Assembly (NCBI GenBank): GCA_039621445.1
Contig: CP154954.1
Span: 47,719,847 to 47,783,846, forward strand
Length of the DNA stretch: 64,000 nucleotides
Reading direction: 5' to 3'
Source: Euglena gracilis
Taxonomy: Eukaryota
Shown here in pieces: positions 38,844-64,000 of this stretch. The first letter of the stretch is position 1; each line of letters starts with the position of its first letter. A model generated the notes under the pieces. It saw only the letters and a program-made list of their open reading frames with translations. It was not told the origin of the DNA and made no database searches. A program made the translations under genes and the position numbers.

Positions 38844-41209
38844 CTACACAAACGGCGGAGCAAACTTCAGGCCGGAGGTCCGCACCTGCTCCGTGATGCC
38901 CAGCGTGTCCCACCGCCGGTTGGCCTCCCACCCGCCGAGCCCCCCCTCCACCTCCGCCCGAACCCGGGCCCCCTGAGGGCAGGCCCCGGCGGAGCCCGTC
39001 CCGGCGGGCCGCCGCCCCCCCTTCCCCCCTTCCCTCCCCGGCGCGGGGCCGCATTGAACTTGGGCGCTGAGTGCTGAGCCGCTGACGGTCCGCCATCGGA
39101 TTGGGTGGGGCGTTGGGTTTTGGGTGGTGATGAGTGGTGAGGATGATGATGAGGGAGGAATGGGGCAGATGTGGCTGTTTTAAAACAGGGGGAGGGAGGA
39201 GGGGTTCCCCACCCACCCACTCCCTGGGGAACACCAGGGAGACCCACTTTGCTCCAACGGAGTCACCAAACTTGAAAAAACCTCTGGAATGGAGGGCGAA
39301 ATGGAGAGCCAATCCATATGCATTACCATGGAGGTGAGGCCAAACAGGAAAGAAGGAACTGTGAGGCTTGAATTGGGAAATGGGGCCAAATTGGGCCCGG
39401 CACTCTGCGCCAGCGACGGGGGAGGATCCCCCCCTGGCGCACGGGGCCAACTTCCAGTGCCGGAGCCTGTGTGTGGGTCTCTGGACAGGAAGTCGAACCA
39501 CTGGGCCAACTTCGGGCATCCTGCAGCGGAGGGGGTTCAGAGCTTGGTGGGCTGGGATGTCCACGCCAGTGACAAATGAAACCTGCGAGCTGCTGTCCTG
39601 CATTCCTCTTTTTATCAGAGGAGTGCCTTAAACTTTGTCCACCGAACATACTTCAGGTTGTCTTGCAAGGGGCTGCCTCATAACAATTTCTGCTTTCCTT
39701 TGCCTTCCTCGCATTCCATGCACTCTTAATCTGGTTGGAGGTGAGATGCTCAATGCGGTAACCTCCCTTCCGTGATTTAAGACACTTGATAAAAGATCTC
39801 TTCACTGTCAGGCAGATCCTAAATAAGACATCTGGCATGCCATCCCTGAAATTTTAAAAGCTTTGCATACTCCGAAGGCTTTCTAATGAACACCTGGCCA
39901 AATTCTTTCATTTCAGGAAAACGCCTTGATCACAATCATCCTGAGACGCTGGTTCGCATGCCGTTGTCAGGGTCAAGGTTGCCACTGCACCGAGCTGGTG
40001 GCAAGGAAGGCCTTCCTCACAAGACACCCCCTCCCTTTTGATGGGCGGCTCAGCACCGCGCACACCATCGAAGGCCGAGGCCCAGCCGAAATGGTGCGGC
40101 AGGATGAAGTTTAGGAACACCGCCGTGGGGAAGAGGGCGGCGTCCGCGGCGGTGGGCTCGGAGCCGGCCAGGTACGGCGCCGCCCTGGCCCGGCCCTCAA
40201 TGACGCGCAGCTGCTGCCCCCGGGCCGGTGGAGGGGGGGCGTTGGCCATCCCAGACAGAATGGGGATCGGTGTGGGTTGCGACAGCGTGATGCACGCGTG
40301 ACGTGTGTGACGGACTGCCGCCTGTGGGGAGTATGGCAACCCCCAAAGGGGGGGGGACTCCGACCTGGAGAACGGCAATGCTCCAGCCAATGCGGTTCAG
40401 GCCGGGCTTGGGGATGGGGCTGCCCCCAAGGGCCCGGCCGGTGGATCTGCTGCAGCCCCGCACGCCGCTCCTCCGCCCCCATCGCGCGGTACATCGCGCC
40501 CTGCACCGGCGCCAGGTACAGGTCGGGGGCAGAGGCCTCGTCTTTGGGACCCCCGGGTCAGTCCGGCGGGGCGCCAACCAGACATGCACTTAGTGTGTTC
40601 ACAAAGAAGCTGGCGAACACACTTTTTTTGGTGAGCACAGGCGAACATAAAAAAATTGGTGGACACAGAGGAATACAATAAAATTTTGGTTAACACAAAA
40701 AAGATTTGACAAAATATGCATACATATGCAAAAAATGTGTGAAAAAATATGCCAATTATGGAAAAACTTTGAACTTTTGACCCTAAATTTGAGCTGGCCA
40801 GCCCTTTTATGATCCATTTTTGGCCCACTTTTGCACCCCCGAAGCCAAAAACAATGCCACCGCCCAGCCTTCTTTCGGGTGGTTGCAAAATAATAAATAA
40901 AACTCGTCGATGGGGGGGAGGAAAGAGAATCTGAGGCTGGAAAAAAGCTGCTGGCTGAAAAAAGGCGCCATGACCAAACCATTGCTTACCGACGCCCGGG
41001 GGGGGGGGTCAATCGATCTGGCCACTTGGCCAAAAATGTCAAAAAAAATCAAACGATTTTGGTCAAAAATCCAAACTATTTTCCGGCGCCTTCGGCGCCG
41101 GGTGGTCACTTTCGGCCATTTCTGGCCAACCCCGGGGGGAGGGGTCTGGAACCAGTCAGTCACTCCCCCCCCGGGGGGGGGGAGGTGGGGTCGGACATAC
41201 CTTAAGCTT

Positions 41210-41266
<57 letters not shown>

Positions 41267-43306
41267 CATACTAAAGCTTAAATATATACTTATATATACT
41301 TAACCTTAGCCTTATGGTATGGCCCTGACCCACACCCTAGGGTGAAATTTAAGGTTCGGTCAAAATATCATTGGTGAGGATAATCAGTGTGGGTTAGCAC
41401 AAAAAAGACATGCCACCAACAACCATCAAAAAAACCTCCGGGCGTGGTACCGCGTCAAGAGCGCCACCTCCGCTCGCTCCAGCGGGGTCGCCCCCAACAG
41501 TCCCGCCCAACGAACGTTTCCTCCGCTGATGGCCGGGAAAAGCACTGCGGGGTGGTTTGTCCTCGGACCGGTGACCAGGGCGGGGGCGGAGACGATCCCT
41601 GGCCAACGTTTCTGGACCCCTATGGCGGGTGGTACGCCCCCAAACAGTGCCAGGACGGTACACTCCAAGCCGCACCATGTTGGTGTGTTCATCCGGCCAT
41701 TTGAGTGATTCCCCGGCCCTCCCGCTTCCCCCTCTTCCCATTAAAATCCTGCAACAGCAGCTCCACCGAGGAGAATTGGCACCTTTGGAGATGGGTGACT
41801 ACCAAACCAAGCGTTCCTTGTCGTGGCCCGACCTCAGGAAAGCTGTCGAGGAGGAATTGGGATATTACCTGCAGAACGGACGTGGCGATGACGCATTTTC
41901 AAACCAATGACTTGCCACTGCACATTTTTTTGTTTTCCCAATGTTTTATTAATGGGCAGTTTGGATGCAAAGGTTACGCACGTGCACACAAATTTGTCTG
42001 AGATATGCATGTGTGTGTTATGCCATTTCCACACATGTTGCTTGTGACCTCAAAGCTGACAAATAATTCAGCTCTTGATGGGGCTGAAAAATAGATTTTC
42101 CAAATTTTTATTTGCAATTTTGTTTGCAGGGAAGACACAAAACCAATTACTCACAGAATTTGTACGTGAAAGCAGATATACCTCATCTTTCAGAACCAGC
42201 ACAAACGGTTTTCAGTTGCAGGTTCACTTTCGTCGGCACACCTCGCTTTCTGGCAGGGCACTGCCGTCAGGCAAGACGAGGGACGGCATCTTGCCCTGCG
42301 GGTTGATGGCGAGGTACTCTGGGCTCTTCAGGCCGCCGGCCTCCGCCGGGGACTTAATGACGACCCGGTCCTCGAGCCCCTTCCAGTAGATGACGAGTCT
42401 GCAGGGGGGGGGATGTGTGCGCAGGAAACGAGCACAAAAAATCTGTTTTGCACCACCACAAAACAAGAGGTGCACTCCCAATAGCTGAGCACGAACGCGC
42501 AAACTGGACACATGCGCGAACAGGGGAGGGAAGCTAAGACTGCTCAGCAGCTGTCTGGAGAAGGAATCAGGGTTTCCTTCGGAACCCCTCGGTGGGTCCC
42601 GCAGAGACCGATTTGATGCGCATTCCTTCCAGGAGGTTTCTAGGCCGGAGGGGACACTAACCTGGAGGGGGTCCAGCCAGCCAGCACCTTTTTTTTCCAG
42701 CCAGCTGCTCCCAGACGACCCCCCTTTCCCCAACTCTCAGCAGACCCCCCCCCCCGGCTGGATCGGAAACAGAGGGTCAAAAATGTCCAAAAAATGGTAG
42801 GTCAGGTTCTGGGAGATCATTATAGCAGTTCCAAGCATGTGCTACGACAGTGAATTCTCAGACACATGCGAAGGGGTCCTAACTGGGTAGGATTGGCCCG
42901 CCCCCCCCTCTTCCGACTCTGCCATTTTGCCGGGGTCCAAAACTCGGTCAAAAATCGATTTTTCGAAAATATCTACGGACACACCGGACGCGGGCCCCGT
43001 GGTTGGACACGGGCGTGTCGTACAGCGTGGCCGGGCTGGCAGCGCTCAGGGTCATCGCCGGCCGCGTCTCGACGGCCCAGGGCCGAGGCTGAGGGAGGGC
43101 AGTGTGCCCAGAAGGGGTAACTGCCTTGCCTGCAGACCCCAGGGCAGTGTATGGATGTGTGTGTTGTGTGTGTTGTGTGCGTGCGTGTGTGCGTGCGTGC
43201 GTGCATGTGTGTTGTGTGTGTGTGTGGGTGTGTGTGTGTTGTGTGTGTGTGGGTGTGTGTGTTGTGTGTGTGTGTGTGTTTGTGTGTGTGTGTGGGTGTG
43301 GGTGTG

Positions 43307-43353
<47 letters not shown>

Positions 43354-44024
43354 TGTGTGTGTTGTGTGTGTGTGTGTGTGTTGTGTGCATGCGTGTGTTG
43401 GAGGGGCTGTGAGGAGACACGCTGCCCTGTGCAGCGCCGGCCGTGCGGAGGGAGACAGTGAAAGGGACGCCCCGCAGCCCGGCGGGGGAAGCGGAGGGCT
43501 GGGTCGCCCGGAGGGAGGACACGCTGCACCACGGCACAATACGACCGGCCCCCCCTCCATGCAACTCCAAGGCAACGAGTCCTTCATCGACTGGGGATGG
43601 AACGAGAGACGTTGGCATTTGTAGTGTGGGGGGTCGTTACATTTTGTTGAAATTGGCGGCCAACTCCTTGGGCGGCTTTTGGATAATTTCAATCCGGCGT
43701 CTTCGACTTCGGGCGTTTTGTGCTGGTCCTTCCTCAGCAGCCTGACCCCCCTAACGAAGCCCCCCGCCCCCCAAACGTCCCAAAACACCCCCGGCCCAAA
43801 CCAAGCATTCCCCCCAAAACGCCCGCCAGTCAGCATGCCCCTCCCCGGGGACCAGGCCACCGCCTGGCAGGGTGGTGGAGCTCCGCTGCGGAGGGCCCGG
43901 GGGCCCACGGGCCCAGGGTGGTGGCCAGGCAGGCGCCGAGCGCGAGGCCGGCCAGCCCCCAGACGAGCCGCCAGGCGGGGCCGGAGGGGTTGGGCTCGGC
44001 CCCGGCCGCGGGGAGCGGGTCCAT
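38844..44024 (-). CDS. Glutathione S-transferase family protein with signal/transit-like presequence
   Basis: Exons give MDP...WRLVWGLAGLALGACLATTL; TLYDTPVSNHGARVR; LVIYWKGLE...INPQGKMPSLVLPDGSALPESE (42398-42242); VISQFLLDSFP; LLGATPLERAEVALLTRYH; DLYLAPVQGAMYR; PYLAGSEPTAADAALFP; CPKLAQWFDFLSRDP; GARVRAEVEGGLGGWEANRRWDTLGI...FV*. Confidence 0.9.
40975..41321. mobile_element. MITE, GTGACTGACTGG family, with internal CA/TA microsatellite
   Basis: Termini CAAACCAT and ATGGTATG; flanks GCCATGAC/GCCCTGAC (7/8); nested in non-conventional intron 40525-41443. Confidence 0.65.
43155..43400. repeat. (TG)n microsatellite
   Basis: Visible directly; intronic in the GST gene. Confidence 0.9.
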
Positions 44025-46097
44025 CGGCGGCTGCGACGGGTGGGGGGGGGAGGGGCGGGGAGAGGGCGGGGACCTGACCGATGGACTGAAGAAAGAGAAA
44101 ACCTGACCCCCACCCCGGCAAACCTCCCGGAGGTGCATTTTTGGGGGATTTGAAAATCCCCCTGGGGTGTGATCATTAGGGGGGGCGACAGTTGGGGAGG
44201 GAAATCAAACCTCCGGGGCCGAAAACCAGTCAACAACACGCAATGGGCAAGAACTGAAAGTGGGCTCTTTCCTTCAAATCCGCCGCCTGGGATTGATTTA
44301 GCGAGTCGCTACATCAATTAGTTCAAATCAACTACGGTTTGGAATCGGGGGCGGCCATGTTTGGTCGCTAATGGCGACCAAACATGGCCGCCCCTGATTC
44401 CAAAGCTTGCCTCAGCTTGCATCAGGAAGGGTCCAAAAGAAGCACCCCCCCCCCCCACGGAGGCCATAATCCACTTTAAGCGCATCCTTTCTTCTTCTTT
44501 CCTTGGGCGTGGGGGAGCTCATGTGCGACCGCGGCTTGAACATGATCTTTTTTTCCTGCCGGGTCCCTTTTCCTTCCCCACCACGTCAACGTTTGCCAGT
44601 GCAATAGACCGCCGACTTACAACCGGCGGCAGGACGCTTCTACTTGGGCCCCCCTCCTTGATCGTGGTGGCAAGGCTGAACGGGAATCCTGGAAATTCAA
44701 TGAGGGTTCCCCTTCCTTCATGTGCCAATTTTTAATTAAAATTTTCCTGCAGCGCCTCCGACCTTTTTAAGGAAGAATTTTCCATTACGACAGCTGCCTC
44801 GCCCTTTGGGTGGAATAAACCAACAAACAAACAGGAGCTCCTTCGGGAGTCTCAGGAGGAGGCCATATCGTTATAATGATTTGAAGTGAGACAAAGATGC
44901 ACTTTGCGATATAACTTTCCCGCCTGTTCCTCAACATCTCAACAGGGGGAAGTATAGGTGAGCTTACGAGGTGGTTGCGGCTGGACCTCAAAAAGAAAAC
45001 AAAAAGTGGATCTGTCACCCGACCTCCAGAACACATCACCACTGTTCTGTCACCAGTTGTCACACACGAAATGTGGCGGGCAGAACCAAGGTTTTTGTGC
45101 ATTTTTGGGTGAATTCTTATTTCCCGGAAAGCCAAACCGGGGGGGGGAGAGTCAAAACTCAACGACATATTTTGGAGGCAAAAAAAACACCAATTTTGAC
45201 CTTTCCCCTGAAGACCCACCCACCCACCCACCCCCTGGAGGGACCCCCAGTGGGGGAGGGGGCTAGGGGGGACCCACTTTTGGGGGTCAATTTCGGATAA
45301 AAAAAAATCGGCGCTTCGCGCCGAAAATAGAACAAAACCCCGCCTCCAGCGGAGTACCCACTTGCCCTCCCCCGGAGGGAGGGGGGGCTCGGCCGGGGCC
45401 CAACCACCCCCCCTCCCCCCAGGTCACAAAACTTAAAAACGTCTCTGAACTCAACACACTAAAATCACTAAACATGGTAAAAAATACTGCCTTCTGGGCC
45501 TGAATTTGGGCTTCAGCAGTTGAACCTGTGGGAAGCTGTTTTATCACACCTGAAACATCAAATAACCCAACAATCAGGTAACAAAAATTTGGTTTTGAAA
45601 TGATCCCTGGGCAATTGCAATTATGCGATTGCACACCCCATCCCCCCTCTCAGACCTCACCGGCCCCAAACACTAGTCCCTGACCAGGAATGCCCTCTTT
45701 CTGCCCCCCAACCCCCCTCACCCCTGCCCTCCCCCAGGTTTGTGCGACAAGCACCGGTGAAGTCAAGGGTCACGCTGTGGGTTGAGGAGGTGCGCTGGCC
45801 GTGACTCGTGGCAGGGTCGTCCCAATGTGAAGGTTCGGTGTGGGCGAGAAGAACCTTAGCATGGCGCGTTTAACAAAGGCCGGTCAGCGGCCGCCCCTTT
45901 GATGGCTGGAGGCAGCGACCATATGGGAGGCCCGGAACTGTGCCATCCGCAGAAAGGAGGAAACCAACACACCAATGCATTTCCACTCTCGATGATCTGG
46001 AGGGTGGCATCTGGAGGGTGGCGAGGGAAAAGACTTCGGGTTTGGACTACACTTTATGAACATCAAACTTCTTTATAAAATGAATTTAAATTTCATT

Positions 46098-58320
<12,223 letters not shown>

Positions 58321-60647
58321 CGCCCGCGGGGCCGACCGCGGCGGGAGGAGGGCCCGGCCCGGCGGCCGTCACAGCAGTGCCGTGTGTCTGGAGGACCAGT
58401 GGGGGGAGGGGGGTCCACTCAAACTCTGCAATACACACAGCAAATCTTGTACACATTCAATGTGCAACACATACTGTGTAAAATGCAAATAAATGTAAAT
58501 TTTAAAAAGGAAATTGGTGTAAATCCTGTTTGGAACCTCCCCCAGACAAAATCTCCAAAGGATTTATAAAATGTACCTCCTCCACGAAACATTATGCATC
58601 GCAATTTTACCTCCAAAAAAAATCTGCAAAAATGGGAAATAAAAATGGAACAGCAGAAAAATAAAGCGAAAGGCAGACTTGCACGATTCCAGCATACATT
58701 GCCTAGTTTTATGCACTTGCATTTCCTCATCCGACACCTCATTGTGCATCCAGGGGGGTAAACCCAACATCATTTTGAGAAAAGAGTACTTTGGACTCTG
58801 TGTGCACTCTCTGTGGGAAGATTACTTTGGACATCATCTAACACAGACAATTCAGACCCATCCTCGTCATGATTCAGACCCCCCCCCCTCGTCATGCAAC
58901 CACTAACCTGCAGTCAACGAAAAAAATCAAACCACAAAACCTATCTCGCTAATGCAGCGGGGTGGTGGATTAACCCCCTCAACTCAACACTCAACCCACT
59001 CGACACAAAAACAGGGGGGGGATTGAAATTGGAGACCTTCAATGAAATTGCGGAAAATTGTGAGAAATTGTGGAAATTGTGGAAATATCGATACCAGGAC
59101 TGTACACACTTTTTCTTAGAAAATATTCACCTCCCATGCTTTGAGCCGCCATTTCCGTCCTGTTGAAAAAGACAAAAAGTGCAAGAACATGATTATTGAT
59201 GTAATGTTCAGAATATACTGATTCCGAAAACCTTGTTGGCCAAAAAAACCACAAAAATGATATAAACATTTGACAAGAAGTTTGGTGTCAAGGGAAAATC
59301 TGGTCCAGGACGTGGGATTTTTCAAAATCGAACTCATTTCCCAGCAGAACTCCACAAACCTAAAACTTCAGAACCCCAAAAAAACAAAAAAAAGAGTTAT
59401 AAAATTGCAAATCTTTCCAAAATTTGCATCAAAATAAATCCATTTTCCCGTGTGCGGAGAAATGACTGGAAGTAATTGCACCTTCCACTTCAAGCTTATG
59501 CGGACTGAAAGAGACATTTCACGAAAATTTGGATATCACCCTGCAGTCAATGACAACGGGGGGTCATTCATCATGGGATGGTTGTAAGACCAGATGGGGG
59601 ATAAAATGGGGGGGATTCTTCTTCTTCTATTCACTGCCCCCCCCCCCCCGTCATGGCCACCACGGCGATGGTTTCCCACGGCATCCTCAACTCTTATGCG
59701 TTCTGCCGCCATCGACGCAACCGCACTGGGGGGCAGCACACGACGTGTACACGAACCCCTGCAACCAAACCACGGCGGGTACTGCGTGGGGCGGTTGCAG
59801 AGACACAGACAGCGTTGCCGGGAAGACCGAAAGGTGGCCGATGGCGCGGGGTCCTCCACAAAATGGAGGCAACGGGGAAGGGGGGGGACAAGTGGGCCTT
59901 CCACTGGGGCAGAGGCGGTGGTCGTGGGTCTTCTACGGGGTTCGGGTGGCCCTTGTGCCACCTTGCCTTCTTCATGGGCTGTGTTTTCCCAGCTTCTCAT
60001 CACCCGCAAACCTCACCCCACCCCGCTCCACCATGATGCAGGGTTTTTCATTCATACGTGCTGCTTGCCGAAAATTCGATGTGTGATTTTACATGATTTT
60101 ACGCGATTTTGCGTGACTCACGTCAGAGCCAAAATTTTTCCTGTATTCCCCTGGTATGCACACTTTCTGTGGAGAGGACACTCTTCACCTCCAACGGGGA
60201 ATTATTTTCATTCTATGCAAACATGCAAATAAACTCAAAAATGCAGACCAAAAAAATGGCAAAAAATGATTCAAAATTGACAAAAATTTGGGCTTGGGGA
60301 AATTTGGGGCCAAAATGGGGAATTTTTCAAAGGAAGAAAAATTTCCAGCAGAAATTGAATAATCCGAGGGAAATAATGACAAAAAACTATCACTTGTTAT
60401 TCTCAGATGTAATTTCCTTGATTATCCGTGATTTACGTGTTTTTACGTGGGCGTATTGATGAAAAACCCTGCATGAAGCCATTTTATTTGAAAGAAAATT
60501 GCCATCCCCAAACCAGAAACATGCTGTGCAGGGTCCTGGGGGCAACTTCTGTGGGGAATCCCACCGCAACGCAAGACCTCACAACCTCCCAATTGTGTTC
60601 AGCTCTAAAGGTCCCCCCCCCCCACTGACTGTTCAGTCAGTGGAGGT

Positions 60648-61935
60648 GTGCCACAGGAGGTGGAGTCCGATTTGGTGGAACCGCGGCCGGCCGCGGTCAG
60701 CCGCGGCCGGCCGCGGCTGCACATGGTGGTGGGAAAATGGCCGACCGCGGCCGGCCGCGGCCAGCCGCGGTTCCACTTTCCCAAAATTTTTTTTTCGAAA
60801 GTGGGACCGCGGTCGGCCGCGGTCGACCGCGGTTCCACTTTCATGAAGTATGAACAACATTGTGGTGGGACGACGGTCAGCCGCGGTCAGCCGCGGCCAA
60901 CCGTCGTCCCACCACAGCAAGCCATCACCAGCCTGCTCGCATTGGGGTATACCAAGTAATCTCTGCGGCAAACAGTGGCGGATGAGCGAAGCAAAAACAG
61001 AGGCGATGGAATCTGAAATCCCAGTGATTGGGGGGGGGGGTGTGGGGGGGGGGGGGGCGGGGGTGTGGGGGTCTGGGGGGTGATAAATTGGCCCCTGCAA
61101 GGTACCAGCTACTCCAAAGAGCCGCCCAACTAGGGTTAATACACATGGGGGACTCGGCGCCTTCGGCGCCTCGCTCGGGTCCCCCCATGTTTTTAACCCA
61201 GGTTGGGCGGCTCTTTGGGTTCGCTGGGTACCTTGTAGAGACCAATCTAACAACGTTGAGCGGGAGATGTTCTGCTGCTTGGATAAGAATCGTAACCCGA
61301 ACCCTACTCCTTCAAATAACCTCATAAATTCTTTTTGGCCACAATGAAACGCCATCGGGAAATTCTTTTGCAGAAATATAAAAATAAAAAAAATAAAATA
61401 CATATAAGCAAAAATAAAATGTATGGGGGGGTGTGGGGGGTGTGGGGGGTCTGGGGCGTGATAAATTGGCCCCTATTGCGGAACAGGAGGCATTAACAGC
61501 ACCACAGCATGATCGTCTTAGACTCTGTGTGCGGGATTACCAGGGTGGCCAATTTCCCAGATTTTAAGCCTTCCTTTCTGCCAGCAAATGGCAATGCTCT
61601 TGGTTGTTGATAAATGCAGGCAGGATGAAAGCTGGGCAGCCGTCGGAACTGAGCCGGCTGGTGATGGTGCCTGATTACTGCATAGATGGTCGGCCCTGGT
61701 GGAACCGCGGCTGACCGCGGCTGACCGCGGCCAGCCGCGGTTCCACCAGAGACACGTTACAAAATGCTCTTGGTGGGACCGCGGCTGGCCGCGATTCCAC
61801 CAGCAACACTCTCTTGGTGGTGGCCGCGGCTGGCCGCGGCCGGCCGCGGCTAGCCGTCATCCCACCCAGGTGGACGCGACGGTCGCCGACGGTCGACCGC
61901 CGGTCCACCTCCAGCGACTCCACCTCCTGTGGCAA
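60648..61935. repeat. Foldback-like element with CCGCGG palindromic arrays in inverted arms
   Basis: TGCCACAGGAGGTGGAGTC (~60649) is the reverse complement of ~61916-61934; both arms carry GTGGAACCGCGG...CCGCGGTTCCAC cassettes. Confidence 0.6.
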
Positions 61936-62571
61936 CCCCCCCCCCCCGACTGAACTCCACCCAGCAACACAGCCAGGCTTCTCTTTAAGACCTCTTAGGG
62001 AAACTCCCTTGGGAAAAACCCTCTTAGGGCATTTCCCAAAAAAAAGCTCCGTCGGTTCGCACCAAAACCAATGCCCGGCCCTCCCGACCGGACTAGGCAA
62101 GGGGATCCCAGTCTGGACCCCCCCGGGGCGTACAAGTGTACCGATCCCCGAGGAGGGTCGCTTTCAATATATTTTTTTCAATCACCCCCCCGGGGGGGGG
62201 GTCCTCTGGCTTTCTGGAATCCAAGTGAAAATTGACCACAAACGTGTAAAACAAGGCCAAAATTCTTCAAAAAAAGCCAAAAAAAACTTCCAGCGCCTTT
62301 CTTGTTGGATCACTTTTGTGGTAGTTTAGTGGGTTATTTTTGCCCCCCCTCCCCCTAGGAGAGAGGGGGGTCTGGGCCAGAATCCAGCCAGTCACTCTGA
62401 AAAAACCAGCCACCCACCCCTCCGGGGGGGGGGGGGTCAGCCAAGTGGCTAAATGTTGGTGACTGGGGTGTCGGTGTCTTCTGAGTTAAAAAGAAACGAC
62501 CACTATCCCGGTCGTCCTCTCCTGTTGTTTGTTCGGGGGAAGAGGATGCCAGAGACGGAGTGAGCCGGGGG

Positions 62572-63500
62572 CTACAGCTTGCACTCCGGAAAGGCCCACT
62601 TCCGGATCAGGACGTGGGCGAGCGTGGTGGGCGGCGGCAGGCGGAACGGGCTGCCGTCCGGCCCCGGCAGGCCCCCTTTGTTGCACTACAGCGTCTTGTC
62701 TGTTTATGGACGGCGGTGGCCCTGTTTGCCGTGTGGTGAGTGGCCAGGGACCCCCCAACACCAGTGTTCTTGTGTTGCTCCCCCTGGCCCGGTGAGTAAC
62801 TCTGGCCCTGGCTGGCCCCCACCCCTGTCACCCCTCACCCCCGCTGCAGCTGTGTGTTTCGGGAGGAGCACCCTCTGTGGTGGGGCGGGATGGCAGCCGT
62901 GGGGGGGCCTGGCTACGGCGTACGCCGCCGCGGCGTCCAGAGCCTGCTGCACCTCCGTGCGGGGCACCCCGCCAGGCGATTGCTCAGGTCTCCCGAAGGG
63001 GACTCTGAACCCCTCCCCTCGTCCAGTACCCCCTCCTCCTGCGACCTCCACAAGGGGTCACGAGATCGTTTTCCTGACAAAAGAGGTCATAAGGTCCGTC
63101 CCTCTCCACCGGCTACAGATCGCGACGTCGGGGAACAATGAAGCGTCCCGCCTCGAAATCCGGAAATGGCGGGCAATCCTCGTGCGACATCGGGGGCCAA
63201 CCCGACGCCACCCCTCCCCCCAACCGGTCCATTTGGGGGGAGGCGGATCACCAGCGCCGCTCAGGCAACCGGCTGCCCCCAGCGCGCCTCCTCTATCTCG
63301 TCGCTGGGCACGATGGGCTGGCTCGGGAGCGGCCCCTTTTCCACTGAGCAACAATGAACACACGGCACGATGGAAAACAGAAAGAGAGGGGGTGGCGGAG
63401 GGGCGACGGGGCCGGCCGCGTCCCCCTGGCCGAGGAAGCCGATCATGAGGGAGTTGGGGAACGGCCACGGCTGCGACTGCACGTACTGCGGCCCGCCGGC
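62572..63500 (-). CDS. NADH pyrophosphatase (NudC/NUDT12-like Nudix hydrolase), 3' exons only, C-terminal PTS1-like CKL
   Basis: QYVQSQPWPFPNSLMIGF (SQPWPFP signature), SDEIEEARW|VPRTEVQQAL, FRLPPPTTLAHVLIRKWAFPECKL*; the 5' part lies outside the window. Confidence 0.88.
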
Positions 63501-64000
63501 CCGCCGAGCGACGGGGCAGGGGGGGGCCCCCGGGGCATTCCTTACCTCTCCTTCTCTTTCCGTGGAACGCAGAGAGTCACTGCACAGGCGCTTTTTTAAA
63601 AAAAAAAGAGGGTAGTGGGCAGGCTTTTGCTTCAAGGCCACGGGGGTCCATGAGCTGGGGATTATCCCTAGCCACTGAAGAAAGCCGCAACCTGGATCCC
63701 CCCGGGGGGGGGTCCCGGGGGTCTGCCCATTGAAGAAAAATATCATCGTCTGGCAATCAGGGAATTTCTTAAGGACCCCCAGGGGGGGGGGGTCCAGCCT
63801 CCGGCTGGCAAAAAGGCTGCTGGCTGAACCCCCCCCCCCCCCTGGGGGCGGGGGGGAGGGGGGGGGGGGGGGCCTGGGGCTGGAGGGGGCTGGGCTCGGC
63901 TGGGTCGGTGAAAACCAAAATTTTCTAACACGTTTTTGCCATTTTCGACATTTTGGTGGATGGAGCTAGATCAAGCTGGGGGCTGTGATGGAGGAAGCTG

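Noticed and set aside
43052-43624. CV/HT-repeat ORFs here and at ~4300, 49150 and 56400
   Set aside because: Dinucleotide microsatellite artefacts.
59536-60232. Overlapping GC-rich ORFs on both strands
   Set aside because: No domain or consistent splice structure found.

Overview
Eukaryotic, intron-rich and repeat-rich DNA, most likely from a phototrophic euglenid. This is inferred from the mix of GT-AG introns with non-conventional introns that have base-paired CAG...CTG ends, the euglenid-type plastid presequences, and a TTAGGG repeat. Host genes assembled by hand from exons: a partial RRM protein (+), then five co-oriented minus-strand genes (LOG-family nucleotide phosphoribohydrolase, TLDc protein, glutathione S-transferase, METTL25/RRNAD1-like methyltransferase, and the 3' part of a NudC-type NADH pyrophosphatase ending in PTS1-like CKL). 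At 7-19 kb are two divergently arranged, decayed DIRS-type tyrosine-recombinase retrotransposons (gag, RT, RNase H, Dam-like methylase, YR). The first keeps a full ITR/ICR structure and carries a nested non-coding LTR element with a tRNA-iMet primer site. The second has its right terminus flipped. Main observation: the window holds many MITEs with CAG...CTG termini and perfect 8-bp (or 7-bp) target duplications, and the non-conventional introns have the same geometry (3 nt + CAG...CTG + 5 nt, with residual 8-bp duplications). This suggests the introns are MITE-derived and spliced so that the element plus one TSD copy is removed. Exon borders were inferred by reading-frame continuity, without transcript data.
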